Positions 53,781-64,000 of a stretch of 64,000 bases of DNA are shown one piece after another. A program made the position numbers and the translations under genes. Below the pieces are notes generated by a model. It saw only the letters and a list, made by a program, of their open reading frames with translations, was not told where the DNA came from and did no database searches. The DNA is taken from the NCBI GenBank assembly GCA_002633005.1, contig NMRA01000196.1:604824-668823 (forward strand). Reading direction: 5' to 3'. Numbering within the stretch: the stretch's first letter is position 1; each line of letters starts with the position of its first letter. This DNA is from Phoronis australis (taxonomy: Eukaryota > Animalia > Phoronida).

Positions 53781-55037
53781 AGTGAATTGGGGACGACCAG
53801 AAGCTGAGGACGCCTGTGGTCTGTCCGTGTAAACGATGCGTGCAAAATACCCTATTCAAGTACGTTAACAAATATATCGTTCGACTAGGCAATATCTTGC
53901 AAAAAATATCTTGCAAAAAATGTGTAGGTTTAATTGTACGAAGTAGTAACTTAAACAGTACGGGGAATTTATAGCACCGACACTTGTAATGATTGGGAAA
54001 AAGTAGGCCAACAAAACTTACCATTACACATGTACAGCTGTAAGATTCGTACACAATTTTGTCGTGGTGTGCATTGCTGCCTAGTTACTTGACGCTTTTG
54101 ATCCACTACAATGACAAAATGAACACGTGTTTACCAGAGCAACAGCAAATTCGGCGAAAAACGAATGTTGTCCTATTATTAGATCGACTGTGTTTCAACA
54201 AACTTACCGATCCAGATTATTTTTCCTAAATGATTATGGAGTGCACTCAGATGTAATTTATTGACTTCCGTGTCTCTCGCGTTAATGCAATAGCGTTAAG
54301 TCAAATTACCGGCTGAAGTGTCGCGTATCTCTTCTGACGAGCGACAGTTTCGCCCATTTTTAATTGGGCTTTAAAAACCCTGCTTCAATTTTAGGGTAAA
54401 ATTGTGATATGTAAGATGTTACAGTCGCAGTTTTGATGACCAAACAATTGGTTCACATATTTACAATCTAGTACGCTTCAAAGCGGTAGAAGTACCAGGA
54501 AATTAGTTCCCCTCTACGTTTCATACATTCAAAGTTTCTGACGACCGAAATAAGTATCCCGTGTTCCCTTGCTGTTTCAATTTCTGGAGACAAATAACTG
54601 AAAATGCCAACCGATCTAAAACACGTCAACTTTACAGTGTCCAGTTTTCCCAAAACGCTTTTGCGGATGTTCATCACTCTATTCAGCAATACAAACTAGC
54701 TACTGAGGATTTCCTTGTATCACACCTTCGGAAAAGGGGATTTTTCAGTGCTATTTTGCATCTGTCTGAAAAAGCCCCACTGGAGCTCTTTCCAAAAATG
54801 TTGGCGCTCTATCGCAAACATGTGTTACGCCTTCATTCAGAAACGAGGTTTAGACGTTTACTAAGGTGGAGTACATGATGGTGCTGCTGATGGTCTTGTA
54901 ATCTGCTTAACCGCAAGATTGCGCATGCGTTAATTTGGAATTGAACATTCGTTAAACTAATAGAGTGGATTTTTTGTTTAGTGTAAAGAATTTTTGTAAT
55001 TATTGGACTTATGATGTCCAACTTTCTCCTTTACCAG

Positions 55038-55111
55038 AACTTTTGTCACTGAATAGCGGAGATTTTGAGATATATCGGAATGCCAATCAAGAGCACGCAG
55101 AGAAACTTAAC
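55038..55111 (+). CDS. Secreted EF-hand protein, internal exon
   Basis: tttctcctttaccag| ... |gtgaga, phase 1 to 0. (E)LLSLNSGDFEIYRNANQEHAEKLN runs directly into the AAFNYAD helix of the next exon. Confidence 0.6.
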
Positions 55112-56524
55112 GTGAGATTGAAACATTCAAGTCAGTGCTATTTCCGTCAGAGGTGGTGGTTTGTTTCTACCCACGTGTAAGCTTTTCATCGGTCATAAAT
55201 GATAAAATGAAAACAATTAATGTTTTGAAGTCAACCATACATATTGTAAAATGCACTAACTTAAGATATTAAGGCACTTTTTACGTAAAAATAATTTGAA
55301 AAATTTCTTTGTCCTGGAGCTCACCTTCGGATCATTTCCGCTATCTTATTCGTCGGTTTCCTTGTTGATGAAAAACTGAACACCTTATTGTTAGTGTGTC
55401 GTGTTGCTTGCCTTTATTGTAGCGGGGAATGAAACATTGGTTCTGGTTTTTTTAACCCAAAGTGCTTCAAACCATCATTTACCTTGATTTTACAAGAGAT
55501 TCAAGTGTCAACATCATTAAACATACCGTGATAACATTGCTTAACACAATCGTGAATTCAGTATCCTAAAAACGAAAACATAAAAGAAAATGGGATTCAA
55601 ATGAAAATTTCTTAGATCCACGGGCATGAGTGTGACGCCTGAACGTACCCAGCGCCAGTTTGTCATGTCTAACAACACGCCAGTTTCTTTTACAAACGTG
55701 TCGCATATCTGCACTTCTGGGCGACGTCACGTGGAAAAGTTAAAAGGTCCACTGCGTGGTCTCAAACACTAATTTGTCACAACCACCACAAACACATCTC
55801 CTTGACATTCCTTATTATATCCTAAACCACGGGAAAACGAGCAGCAATATCTGGCGACTTTCCACACTAAATACAATGGAGGATGGCTGGTGCTGTGATT
55901 GGTTGTCCCGATTTTACGTAGTATGTATCGACCAATAATATCTCAGAACTCGAAATCGTGTAATTAACATGTTATCAGATAGTGCTTTTGGGTGTTATAA
56001 TTTTACACCTAGTCGACTGCTGGGGTTGCTTTATAGGCACTTTAAAATTCGTACCAGATTTCATTTTATCGCCTGATGGACCATTGTAAGTGTAGTTCGG
56101 ATACTTCTCTGTTGACAAGATATCAATATATTTTATTTATTTGAGCAGGCCTTTAAAAGGGACATTCTTGGCGATAAAATAATTTTCTTAGAAACTTTAT
56201 TACGCTTACTGATTAGGTATATACACCGGCCTTAACATCAGCGAATGACAGTCACACAGTGGCGAGCCTTAGCGATTTGTAATAAAATTTCAAACAACAA
56301 CAGATTTTGTTGATTTTTAGCTCTGGTCAGATCTAGTAACTACTAGATATTTCTCCTAATAAGTCCCACCATCCGAGGGTTTTATGTTGATGGGGACTCC
56401 TTGTGAAACCTCCGGTAGATATGAGAGTTTTCATGCTTGAATTTCTATAGCAACACCCTGCAGAAAATTGTATTGCTTCAAATTCCAACTTGTTTCAGGT
56501 GATGGAAGTGTTTTCTTATTTTAG

Positions 56525-56622
56525 GCTGCTTTTAATTATGCTGACAAGAATAAAGACGGAAACGTTAATTTTCGGGAGCTTCTTGACGTACAGCGTGCAT
56601 ATCTACTAGCATCGGGCGATCT
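56525..56622 (+). CDS. Secreted EF-hand protein, exon with first EF-hand
   Basis: ttcttattttag| ... |gtaagt. AAFNYADKNKDGNVNFRELLDVQRAYLLASGD, with the canonical 12-residue loop DKNKDGNVNFRE. Phase 0 to 2. Confidence 0.85.
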
Positions 56623-56732
56623 GTAAGTATCGTTTTTTCTACTGGATCTGCTTTGGAGGTCTCATTAGTTCTGCACTGTGTTATGCGTTTGCATAAATTA
56701 TGAGCGTACAGGTAATTTGCCTTCACAGCAAC

Positions 56733-56997
56733 TGTTGTGTATCTTACTTTGTCAAATAAAGTAGACACTCCATGAACTACGCAGTGAAACGAACAGAATT
56801 GAACTGAACACTGAACTGATTTATTCTACATATCATCACAATATATATACACACAACTACATAACAACATATGATGGGTTACCTATGACACACTTCCTGT
56901 ACTAGGAATCGCATGACATAATACCAATTAAACTACTGAACTCATAAACAATAACAACCTACAAACATCCTGTTATTGTGTGACTAAGTACACAACA
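56733..56997 (-). mobile_element. Solo LTR (265 bp)
   Basis: TG..CA termini with 9-bp inverted ends (tgttgtgta / tacacaaca), 5-bp TSD GCAAC (56728-56732 / 56998-57002), and AATAAA on the - strand near 56820. Strand is tentative. Confidence 0.85.
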
Positions 56998-57369
56998 GCA
57001 ACGGTCCAGGTAAAAGTTAATTGTGAAACATCATACAAAGGTAAACAAAAATGATGAATCATGGTAACCATACCTGTCACCAGGCTACTAACGATTCCAG
57101 AAAATCTTAGAATGTGGGCAACGTAAAAACAAGTCCTCTTTTCAAAGAGAACACCCGCTAATTGTTTTCCTACAATTTGGTTTGAGCATCACATTGGGAA
57201 AGCATCAATTACTAAAATATACTGAGGGGTAGTTCCAACCTATATTGGCTTAATTTCGTCCACCAATGCTCGAGAGACTTCATGCATGGTGTTCTGTTCA
57301 AACTTCTAATGAGTATAAACTCTTTAGCCAAAGCGAAAGAGTTTAGGACACAAATTTCCTATTCTAGAA

Positions 57370-58014
57370 TTAAATTCTCTGCAGGACCAAAAACATACGC
57401 AAAACCAAAATTATCGCGCCAGAACCTACAACTTTTCACGTTTGGACCAAATATCAACACGCCAGGATCGAATATTCATCAAGCCAGGACAAATAAATTG
57501 AGCGCACCAGGACATTCCAGGAGAAAATTTCTTGCCACGTTAAAATTTCATGGCAGGAGAAAATTTCGTGCCTGGAGAAAATATCCTGACGAGAGAAAAT
57601 TTCATGCCTGGTGACCACGTGACAATGACAATCTGTTGTGTCTGTAATATTCGGCCATATCCAAGTTGTGTGTGTCCAAGTGTACATGTACATTGTTTTC
57701 TGTTGTAAAACTTGGAAGAAACGAAAGAAATTCAACTTCATTATCAATGTGACGTCAGCGATACATTGTGTTCCTATCGCGCCATCACTTTAAGGGACCA
57801 CGTGATTGTATATGGCCACGTGGTCTCCTGGCAGGAAATTTGCCTGAGGTGAAATTTTCTGACGTGTCCAATTTTCCGGAACTAATGCATTTTGTGTCCA
57901 GGCGTGATAAATTTTGAGACCTGATGTGTTAAATTTTGGTCCTGGCGTAATAAACTATTGGTCCTGGCGCGATACGTTTTGATTTGAGTATATTTTGCTC
58001 TTGCAGAGTTAATC
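57370..58014. mobile_element. Foldback/MITE with long TIRs built of internal tandem repeats
   Basis: ctctgcaggaccaaaaacatacgcaaaaccaaaattatcgcgccag is mirrored by ctggcgcgatacgttttgatttgagtatattttgctcttgcagag. Contains ~21-bp units (ggagaaaatttcgtgcct) at 57520-57612 and repeated ccaggac/gtcctgg motifs. Confidence 0.75.
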
Positions 58015-58495
58015 CTTGAACAGAAAATGTATTGCCTGGAATTTTTCCCAGTTTGGATTTCGATACCTTTCATTGTTCTCTCTGTGACCCAACATGGCGC
58101 AAGAGTGAGAAGGCCCTTTCTCGAAACATTTGGAGCACCCACCGTTTGACAGAGAAAAACTCGTTTGCTTACGTTGCAAAAGTATTATTTTGACCATACA
58201 AGTATACACATTCCATCACGTTTTAAATAACAAGAATCCGTTGAACGAAGGACTCACCTACGTTGACAACCGAAGCGGTCAAAATTGGGCAATTCAAGCG
58301 GTTTGCTTATCGAAATCTGCGGCAATAATCAAAGACACCGTGTAGTTGTTATTAATTATGTCGTCTTAGGTTAAACTGGGGCAACAGTAGACAAGAATTT
58401 TTTAAGTTTTCGATTGGAAAATTTCTAAAAAGCACACTTGAATATATCATGAAACGCTCTTGTGGACAGGTCTTTGAATAAAAAACATGACTTTT

Positions 58496-61400
58496 CAGGG
58501 CCTTAGGAAGCGGGGGGAGTCAGGGTAGCGGACATAGGCGTGGAGCCGGGGACAGTCGAGAAAGGAAAGACTGCAAAATGCGGATAAGATAGAAAATTCA
58601 AGAGAACATTTAGCAACTTTGTAGCAGTGGGTGGTTTATCTTTTGAGGACTCTGATGAGGATATTGTCGTTAGGGTCTCCGCTTTTCCAGCACAGGTAGT
58701 CTAAACGCACTTGAAAATGTGCCCATAATCATTCAAACATAGATTTTGAAATGTTGAGAAAATTAGTAAAGCGAAGCTTTTACAGAGCGTACTAAATTCA
58801 ATATCTCAACTTTGCGAATGCAAAACTATATTTTTTCAGAGGCTTTTTTCTGGCAAGGAATAATGGACACAATGTTTGCTTTATTTTTTAAGCTGTTTAT
58901 TATTTGAGAAATTTGGGTACTTGACAGATAACTTGAATTGCTGCGCATTTCCTAATTTTTGAAGATATAGATAGTACTTTCATATATAGAAGAAGAACAT
59001 TGATAGCATTGAAGTGGTCACCCTTTTTGTGCTTTTATTGACAAATTCTTAATTGACTGCTCACGGAGGGGTACCAATGTTGTAATCGATTACCTCTATC
59101 AGGGATTGACTGTGGGTTTGTTTAAACGGTAGATATGCTTTGAGATTGTGGGTACATGGAGAGAGAATAATTAAATCCAGTAATGAATTAATGATATGAT
59201 AACCACTAATTAGGCAAGTGAAACCTGTTGTTAATCAAGTAATCAATTACGAAGAAGGGTAACTACGCTATCGCCCTCTTTAAAGATTACTTCATTCAAT
59301 CAAGCAGAATAATCAAATGTCTTATGGAGGCCCAGAACACGGGATATAGGCACTGAACAGCTCCCAGGGGTTGGCCTATCAGAACACACGTCAATGGACT
59401 CTTCACGCTTTCTTCACTCTGTCAAAAACTGCATGCAAATAAAGAAAAGTTTTGAGTCATTTCACATCACAAGCCTACAGATAAGCACAGAATCTTTCTT
59501 TTTCTCTCTTGTATTTTTGACTCTTTCACTCCCACTGAAAACCAAGCTAGACTAAGAAAAGTAAGGTAAAAAAATGCAAAATTAGCACTTTTCACCCCAA
59601 AACCACCACTCCTGCCAATGCTCGACTAAAGCCAACATTAAATTCCGAAAGCAAATTTCCTACTGATTCCAAAAATGCGGTCCAAATGTACTGTCAGGTA
59701 ACTAGTTTTTTTACAAATGTGACTTGTTTGAGGTCTACCTGAAACCGCGGTCAATTTCTCAGTTGCTACACAGCAATGCACAATTGCAACAGGGTGCCTC
59801 CATCTTGAAGAAGAGTGCAGCTACAGCCGAGAAAGTGGCCTTTTTTAATCTCAGCATGTTCACAAAGACAAACAAACCATATTTACTTGGCCTACATAAA
59901 GTACCTAACCAACAAACGCCCCCCAAGCCTGGCCTACCCCTAGATTTTAATATCTCGGGAGTTCAAATTGGCCGCGGCCGCAGCCTAACTGTTCAGTGCC
60001 ACCTATCTGCATAACACTTGTTGGATGACAGTCCGGTTGGTGAATCTTTGCTGGTCACAGTCTATGGTAACGCAACACTTCCAGGCAGTATCTTCTACCT
60101 ACGATTCCTCTCTCTGGTCACTGTCTCTCGTGACGCAAAACTTGCAGCCAGAACTGTTCTACCTACGATTTCTCTCGCTGGTCACAGTTCCTCGTGACGC
60201 ATCACGTATAGGCAGTATTCTACTACTCACGATGCAAGTGACAAGGTCTTAGTTAACTTCCTGTTCGTCAACTCTTGGCCTTGCCAAGACCCTCTTTAGA
60301 ATCTTCCACGAGATGGCTCTGTCGTACACTTTTCTTTGTACACTGTAGCAAGTCTTTTAGCTTCAGCTACTATAACTCATCTGAATATGCTGTTAATTTC
60401 AACCCATATTATAATATTCTACTTATTTAGCGATTGGCTAATAAAAACCACATGATCTTATCTAGTCATATCATTGGTTGTGACGATTTGCTGTCAGAAA
60501 TTTCTAGAATCTTTAGAATGCTTTGACCCCAGAACCAAAGTAATAAACACCATGTAAAAGAGATTTTGACGTTAAAATACAGGTCGATAATTTTGACTCC
60601 ATGATTTAAAAGTACATATGCACAAATTTTGGGCAACTTAAATTAGATCTTTTCTTACTAATTACTTATTCGATATTCATTCTGACATCCTATATTTTGC
60701 TGTTTTTTGTGAAACCGTACAACCGGCTTTCATGTTGAAGAAGGTCACTTCCGTCATCGTTGTGTATCCACACGGTGGCGGAATAAACTGTAGATCCTCT
60801 TTTTTCCAAGCTTAATGATGTTTAGCCTTTCATCTTAAGGTGTCCCAATTTAGACGGGACCTTCTCTTGGTGCAGCAGTTCGGGGGAAATTTCCCTTTGT
60901 CCCTCTATACATGTAAATCCGACACTGCCAAGTATTCAAGAAGGAAGTTGAGATACCAAACTCATCGAAAACCCTCAAACATTCGTACACAGGCGTATCA
61001 AGACAATCGACCAAAACAACCAAACTGGAGAAAAATACAATAGGATTGGACTTTTGAAGAAGGTGAAGACCACTATTTGTGAAGTACACAAAAGGACTAG
61101 CTACATGTATTTGATGGTTATTTATAAAAATAATGTTACTGTTTGCCACAGTATCACATGAATATTATTTCTGATGAAGATGGTTACTATGAGTAGTTTG
61201 TACGGACTTTGCAAATGTGGGAAACACTGCTGTCTATGCTACAATTTTTGTAATGACCGTGTACATGTCGAAAGGTGTGCTCAAAAAACTCTCGCAATCA
61301 TCAGCAAAGATTTCAGCTTTTTCGTCAGTGGAGTTCAAGTTTACCTCGTGAATCGTTATAGGTACCACTGAAATGAGCAAAAATACACCTTAATAGGAAT

Positions 61401-62575
61401 GCCCCATCTCCCATGTTCCACCGGTTACCCGTAAAAAATCTGCAAACATGCCTGTGGAAATTGCTTATAACATTCCGTTTTGATAAACAAATTCACTGGT
61501 TTCTAATTTATTTGTTTACATTTATGTAGCTACGAAAGTCGGTAGATCTGTAGATGATTTTTAACAATTAGAACCTAAACTTTTAAGACTTGATGATGTT
61601 TCAGTGAATTTAATTGCAGCATGAAGATGCAAAAACTCTATAATCTGATCCCCAATAGTAAACTACACTTAGACGATTTTGCCTATCTAAAATAGCTCTC
61701 AAAGACATTGATGAAATTCAGACTCACAGACTGTAGATCGAAAAAAAATTAAAAGTCTTTAAATAAATAAAGTCATTGCTTGGAAATGTTGTCTTTGCAC
61801 TTCCTTGGTGTTTTGTCTTCCAGTAGTATTGAGCAATGAATTTTAGTTCCTCAAAACTGAACTGTTTGCTTGCCCCGATTGCCGTGCACTTCAAGACTGA
61901 CGGACACACGTTTAAAATAAGATGTAACCATGCAGTAGGCCAGTGCATAATCTGAGTGACCCACGGAACGTGAACGCCAGGCCTTGAAGAAGGCTCATTT
62001 TTGATGCACACTCTGTATCATTTTCCCCAACCACCAGAAACTAGATTACCGGCCGTGTCTCAACAAGGGATTTTGAAACAGCCCCAAAGGCACTATAACA
62101 GGGACCTTGGGACCTCACCTTTTCAAAAACATCCTTCAAAGAATGACCATAATAAAATACAATTTTCCCGAAACTGTGTCACCTTAAAAGGAATCTTGTC
62201 CGTAGAGGCAGCGCAGACGGCCGGTACGAGCAGCCTGTCTCAAGTGAATCATAGCTGAGCTGACCAGGAGCTAAATTTAGTTCATCGGAATTTTGCATTT
62301 TCACGCTGTTAGATCTCAGCCACCTACTTTAGGCAGCTCCTCGGCACCGGTCAGTGTATTGGTCCTAGGCCCACTCTTACTCTCCGTGTTGAATCACGGT
62401 TACCCAACTCTTGATGGCTGGATCCCCGGGATTGTCCCCCACCTAGGGCGGACGTGGGAGATTCGATGCAAATATGGTGGTATCGGGAGCACGGGGTGGT
62501 GGCGATGGGGGTGTACTTTGGTAAATTTGAAACGGTTTGTGCCCACACAATAATCTTTGCCTTCCTAGGGGCCTG
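58496..62575. mobile_element. Possible hAT-like DNA transposon relic with nested LTR-like fragment
   Basis: 15-bp TIR cagggccttaggaag / cttcctaggggcctg, G/C-rich subtermini, ctttt on both flanks, and a very decayed coding-like stretch at 61724-62230 (-). Confidence 0.35.
59688..60570 (-). mobile_element. Possible LTR fragment
   Basis: On the - strand ...gacagtaca is followed by tttggaccgc (PBS-like TGG), and there are LTR-like internal short repeats (tctctcg.tg). No TSD found. Confidence 0.3.
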
Positions 62576-62890
62576 CTTTTACAGCTGTCACGTACAACTT
62601 TTGTAAAATGTGGCCAATAATCCGATTCTCATTAATTCTATTATTTTTCCAACATAATTGGAAAACATACCATTTAAACCAGGAGGCAACAGTTGTATTT
62701 TGAGGTAAGTCAAGTGTCATCATACAATTCTCGGCAAGTTAGAGATACAGAGTACGCGTAATTTAAGCTCGGAAATGTCGCACGAGGCTTTTACCCTTGC
62801 AGCATGGAATGTCGCAGGAGATAGAGCAACAGACAATACATGGATATATCAAAATCTTACATGGACTTTTCAATATTCACTTTATTTCAG

Positions 62891-63101
62891 GGGATTTCCG
62901 GTTTTCAAGATCCTTTACGATGTGGACAAAGACAGGAATGGCATAATCAACCCGATGGAAATGAAGCTGTTCAACGCAATTCTCGAGGGTGTTATCAAAA
63001 ACCTCAAGTTTTCAGTCGACATGAAAGACGCGGCCAAACTTGTGGCTAGTCGTCTAGGGTTGTTTGACTTTTCTAAATATGGAGAAGATAACGACATGTA
63101 A
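62891..63101 (+). CDS. Secreted EF-hand protein, last exon with second EF-hand
   Basis: ctttatttcag| in phase 2, in frame with the previous exon. GFPVFKILYDVDKDRNGIINPMEMKLF...EDNDM*, loop DKDRNGIINPME. Confidence 0.85.
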
Positions 63102-63172
63102 AGTAAAGACATTCAACATTTCGCTTATTACACTTGGCATGATTTAATCAATTAAGCGTTTCAAGAGCGAAT

Positions 63173-63178
63173 AATAAA
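63173..63178 (+). terminator. Candidate polyadenylation signal
   Basis: AATAAA ~70 nt after the stop codon at 63101. Confidence 0.5.
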
Positions 63179-64000
63179 GCGAGTCAAACTGATCGCATCT
63201 GGTTGTGATATTATTTTACTAAGAAAATAACTCCCCCTCCATTTGGCTAAGTGGTCAAAAAGGTTCGCCTCAGAGAAACAAAAAGTCCGAGAAAACGAGA
63301 CAAAAGACCACTAAAAGGCGCAAATGCACGATTCATAGCTCTGAGCGTGGTACTCAGATTTTTAGGCTCCGTTCTTCGAATCTCCCATTTGTTAGTCCAT
63401 ATTGTCAAAAATTCGAGCTCCCCTATATTTTAGGCTGGGTGCGCACATGGTCTGTGAACTATATAAAATTTAGTACTTACAGAGGCACGAGCGACACAGT
63501 CCAAGCATGGACTGTACTGCGATTAATCAGTAGCGCAGGACAGCGGCGAGAATTCTTTTCTTTCAGCATTGTCAGTACTCTACATGAGCGGTCTCGAGCT
63601 CTCTCGCAAAACCCTCGCATTCAATCGCTTATATAATCTCGCTGTTTTTTTTTACAAGACACTTGCTACTCTGTGTGTGTGAGTGCCGGTCCTAGTTTTT
63701 TCTTGAACAAAGGAACATTCGATCTTTCCCAGTGGTTGAAATTTGTGATGCATCGTGGGAAATGTGTACCGTTGATTTTAAGTTGAACTACAGAGCACGA
63801 TTTGACGTAATTTCCAGTTCAGTACCTGGACTACCTTGTTTTCGACAGACATTCAACCAAAGCATGCGCGCCAAGACACACTTCATATTCTTGCACCGTA
63901 CAGCGGCTAAGCTCAATAGCACCGTGAACGAGTTTTTACAAATCTAGTCTACCTATAAGATACTGAAACAAGGTGTTTTCAAATGTTTCTCTAAAGCACT

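Noticed and set aside
54561-54878. 105-aa ORF inside the EF-hand gene intron
   Set aside because: No convincing splice signals, no ATG start and no recognisable domain.
57500-57612. Regularly spaced repeats as a CRISPR-like array
   Set aside because: Degenerate ~21-bp tandem units with no unique spacers, inside a foldback element in eukaryotic DNA; no cas genes.
62775-62890. N-terminal part of the 108-aa ORF 62775..63101
   Set aside because: A strong acceptor at 62890, in phase with the 56525-56622 exon, indicates this part is intronic read-through.

Overview
Eukaryotic, AT-rich, repeat-dense genomic DNA, most likely from an invertebrate animal (spliceosomal GT-AG introns, no prokaryotic operon structure, one 395-N gap). 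The best-supported host gene is a multi-exon + strand gene (~47.3-63.2 kb) for a small signal-peptide protein with two canonical EF-hand loops; its introns carry several insertions. A weaker two-exon gene model for a type II membrane-like protein lies at 0.8-3.5 kb (- strand). Most of the rest is mobile DNA: three decayed Academ-type DNA transposons (two with TAG..CTA TIRs and 3-bp TSDs), a decayed BEL/Pao LTR retrotransposon, a LINE 3' end, a THAP relic, several MITE-like hairpins, a solo LTR with a 5-bp TSD, and a 5'-truncated Penelope-like element (Naiad-type GIY-YIG). That last element has an inverted terminal duplication, and each copy carries a variant minimal hammerhead-ribozyme motif. 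I found no clearly new biological system. The strongest leads are the hammerhead motif, the secreted EF-hand gene and the parallel internal deletions in two Academ elements. All calls are by eye, with no database searches.
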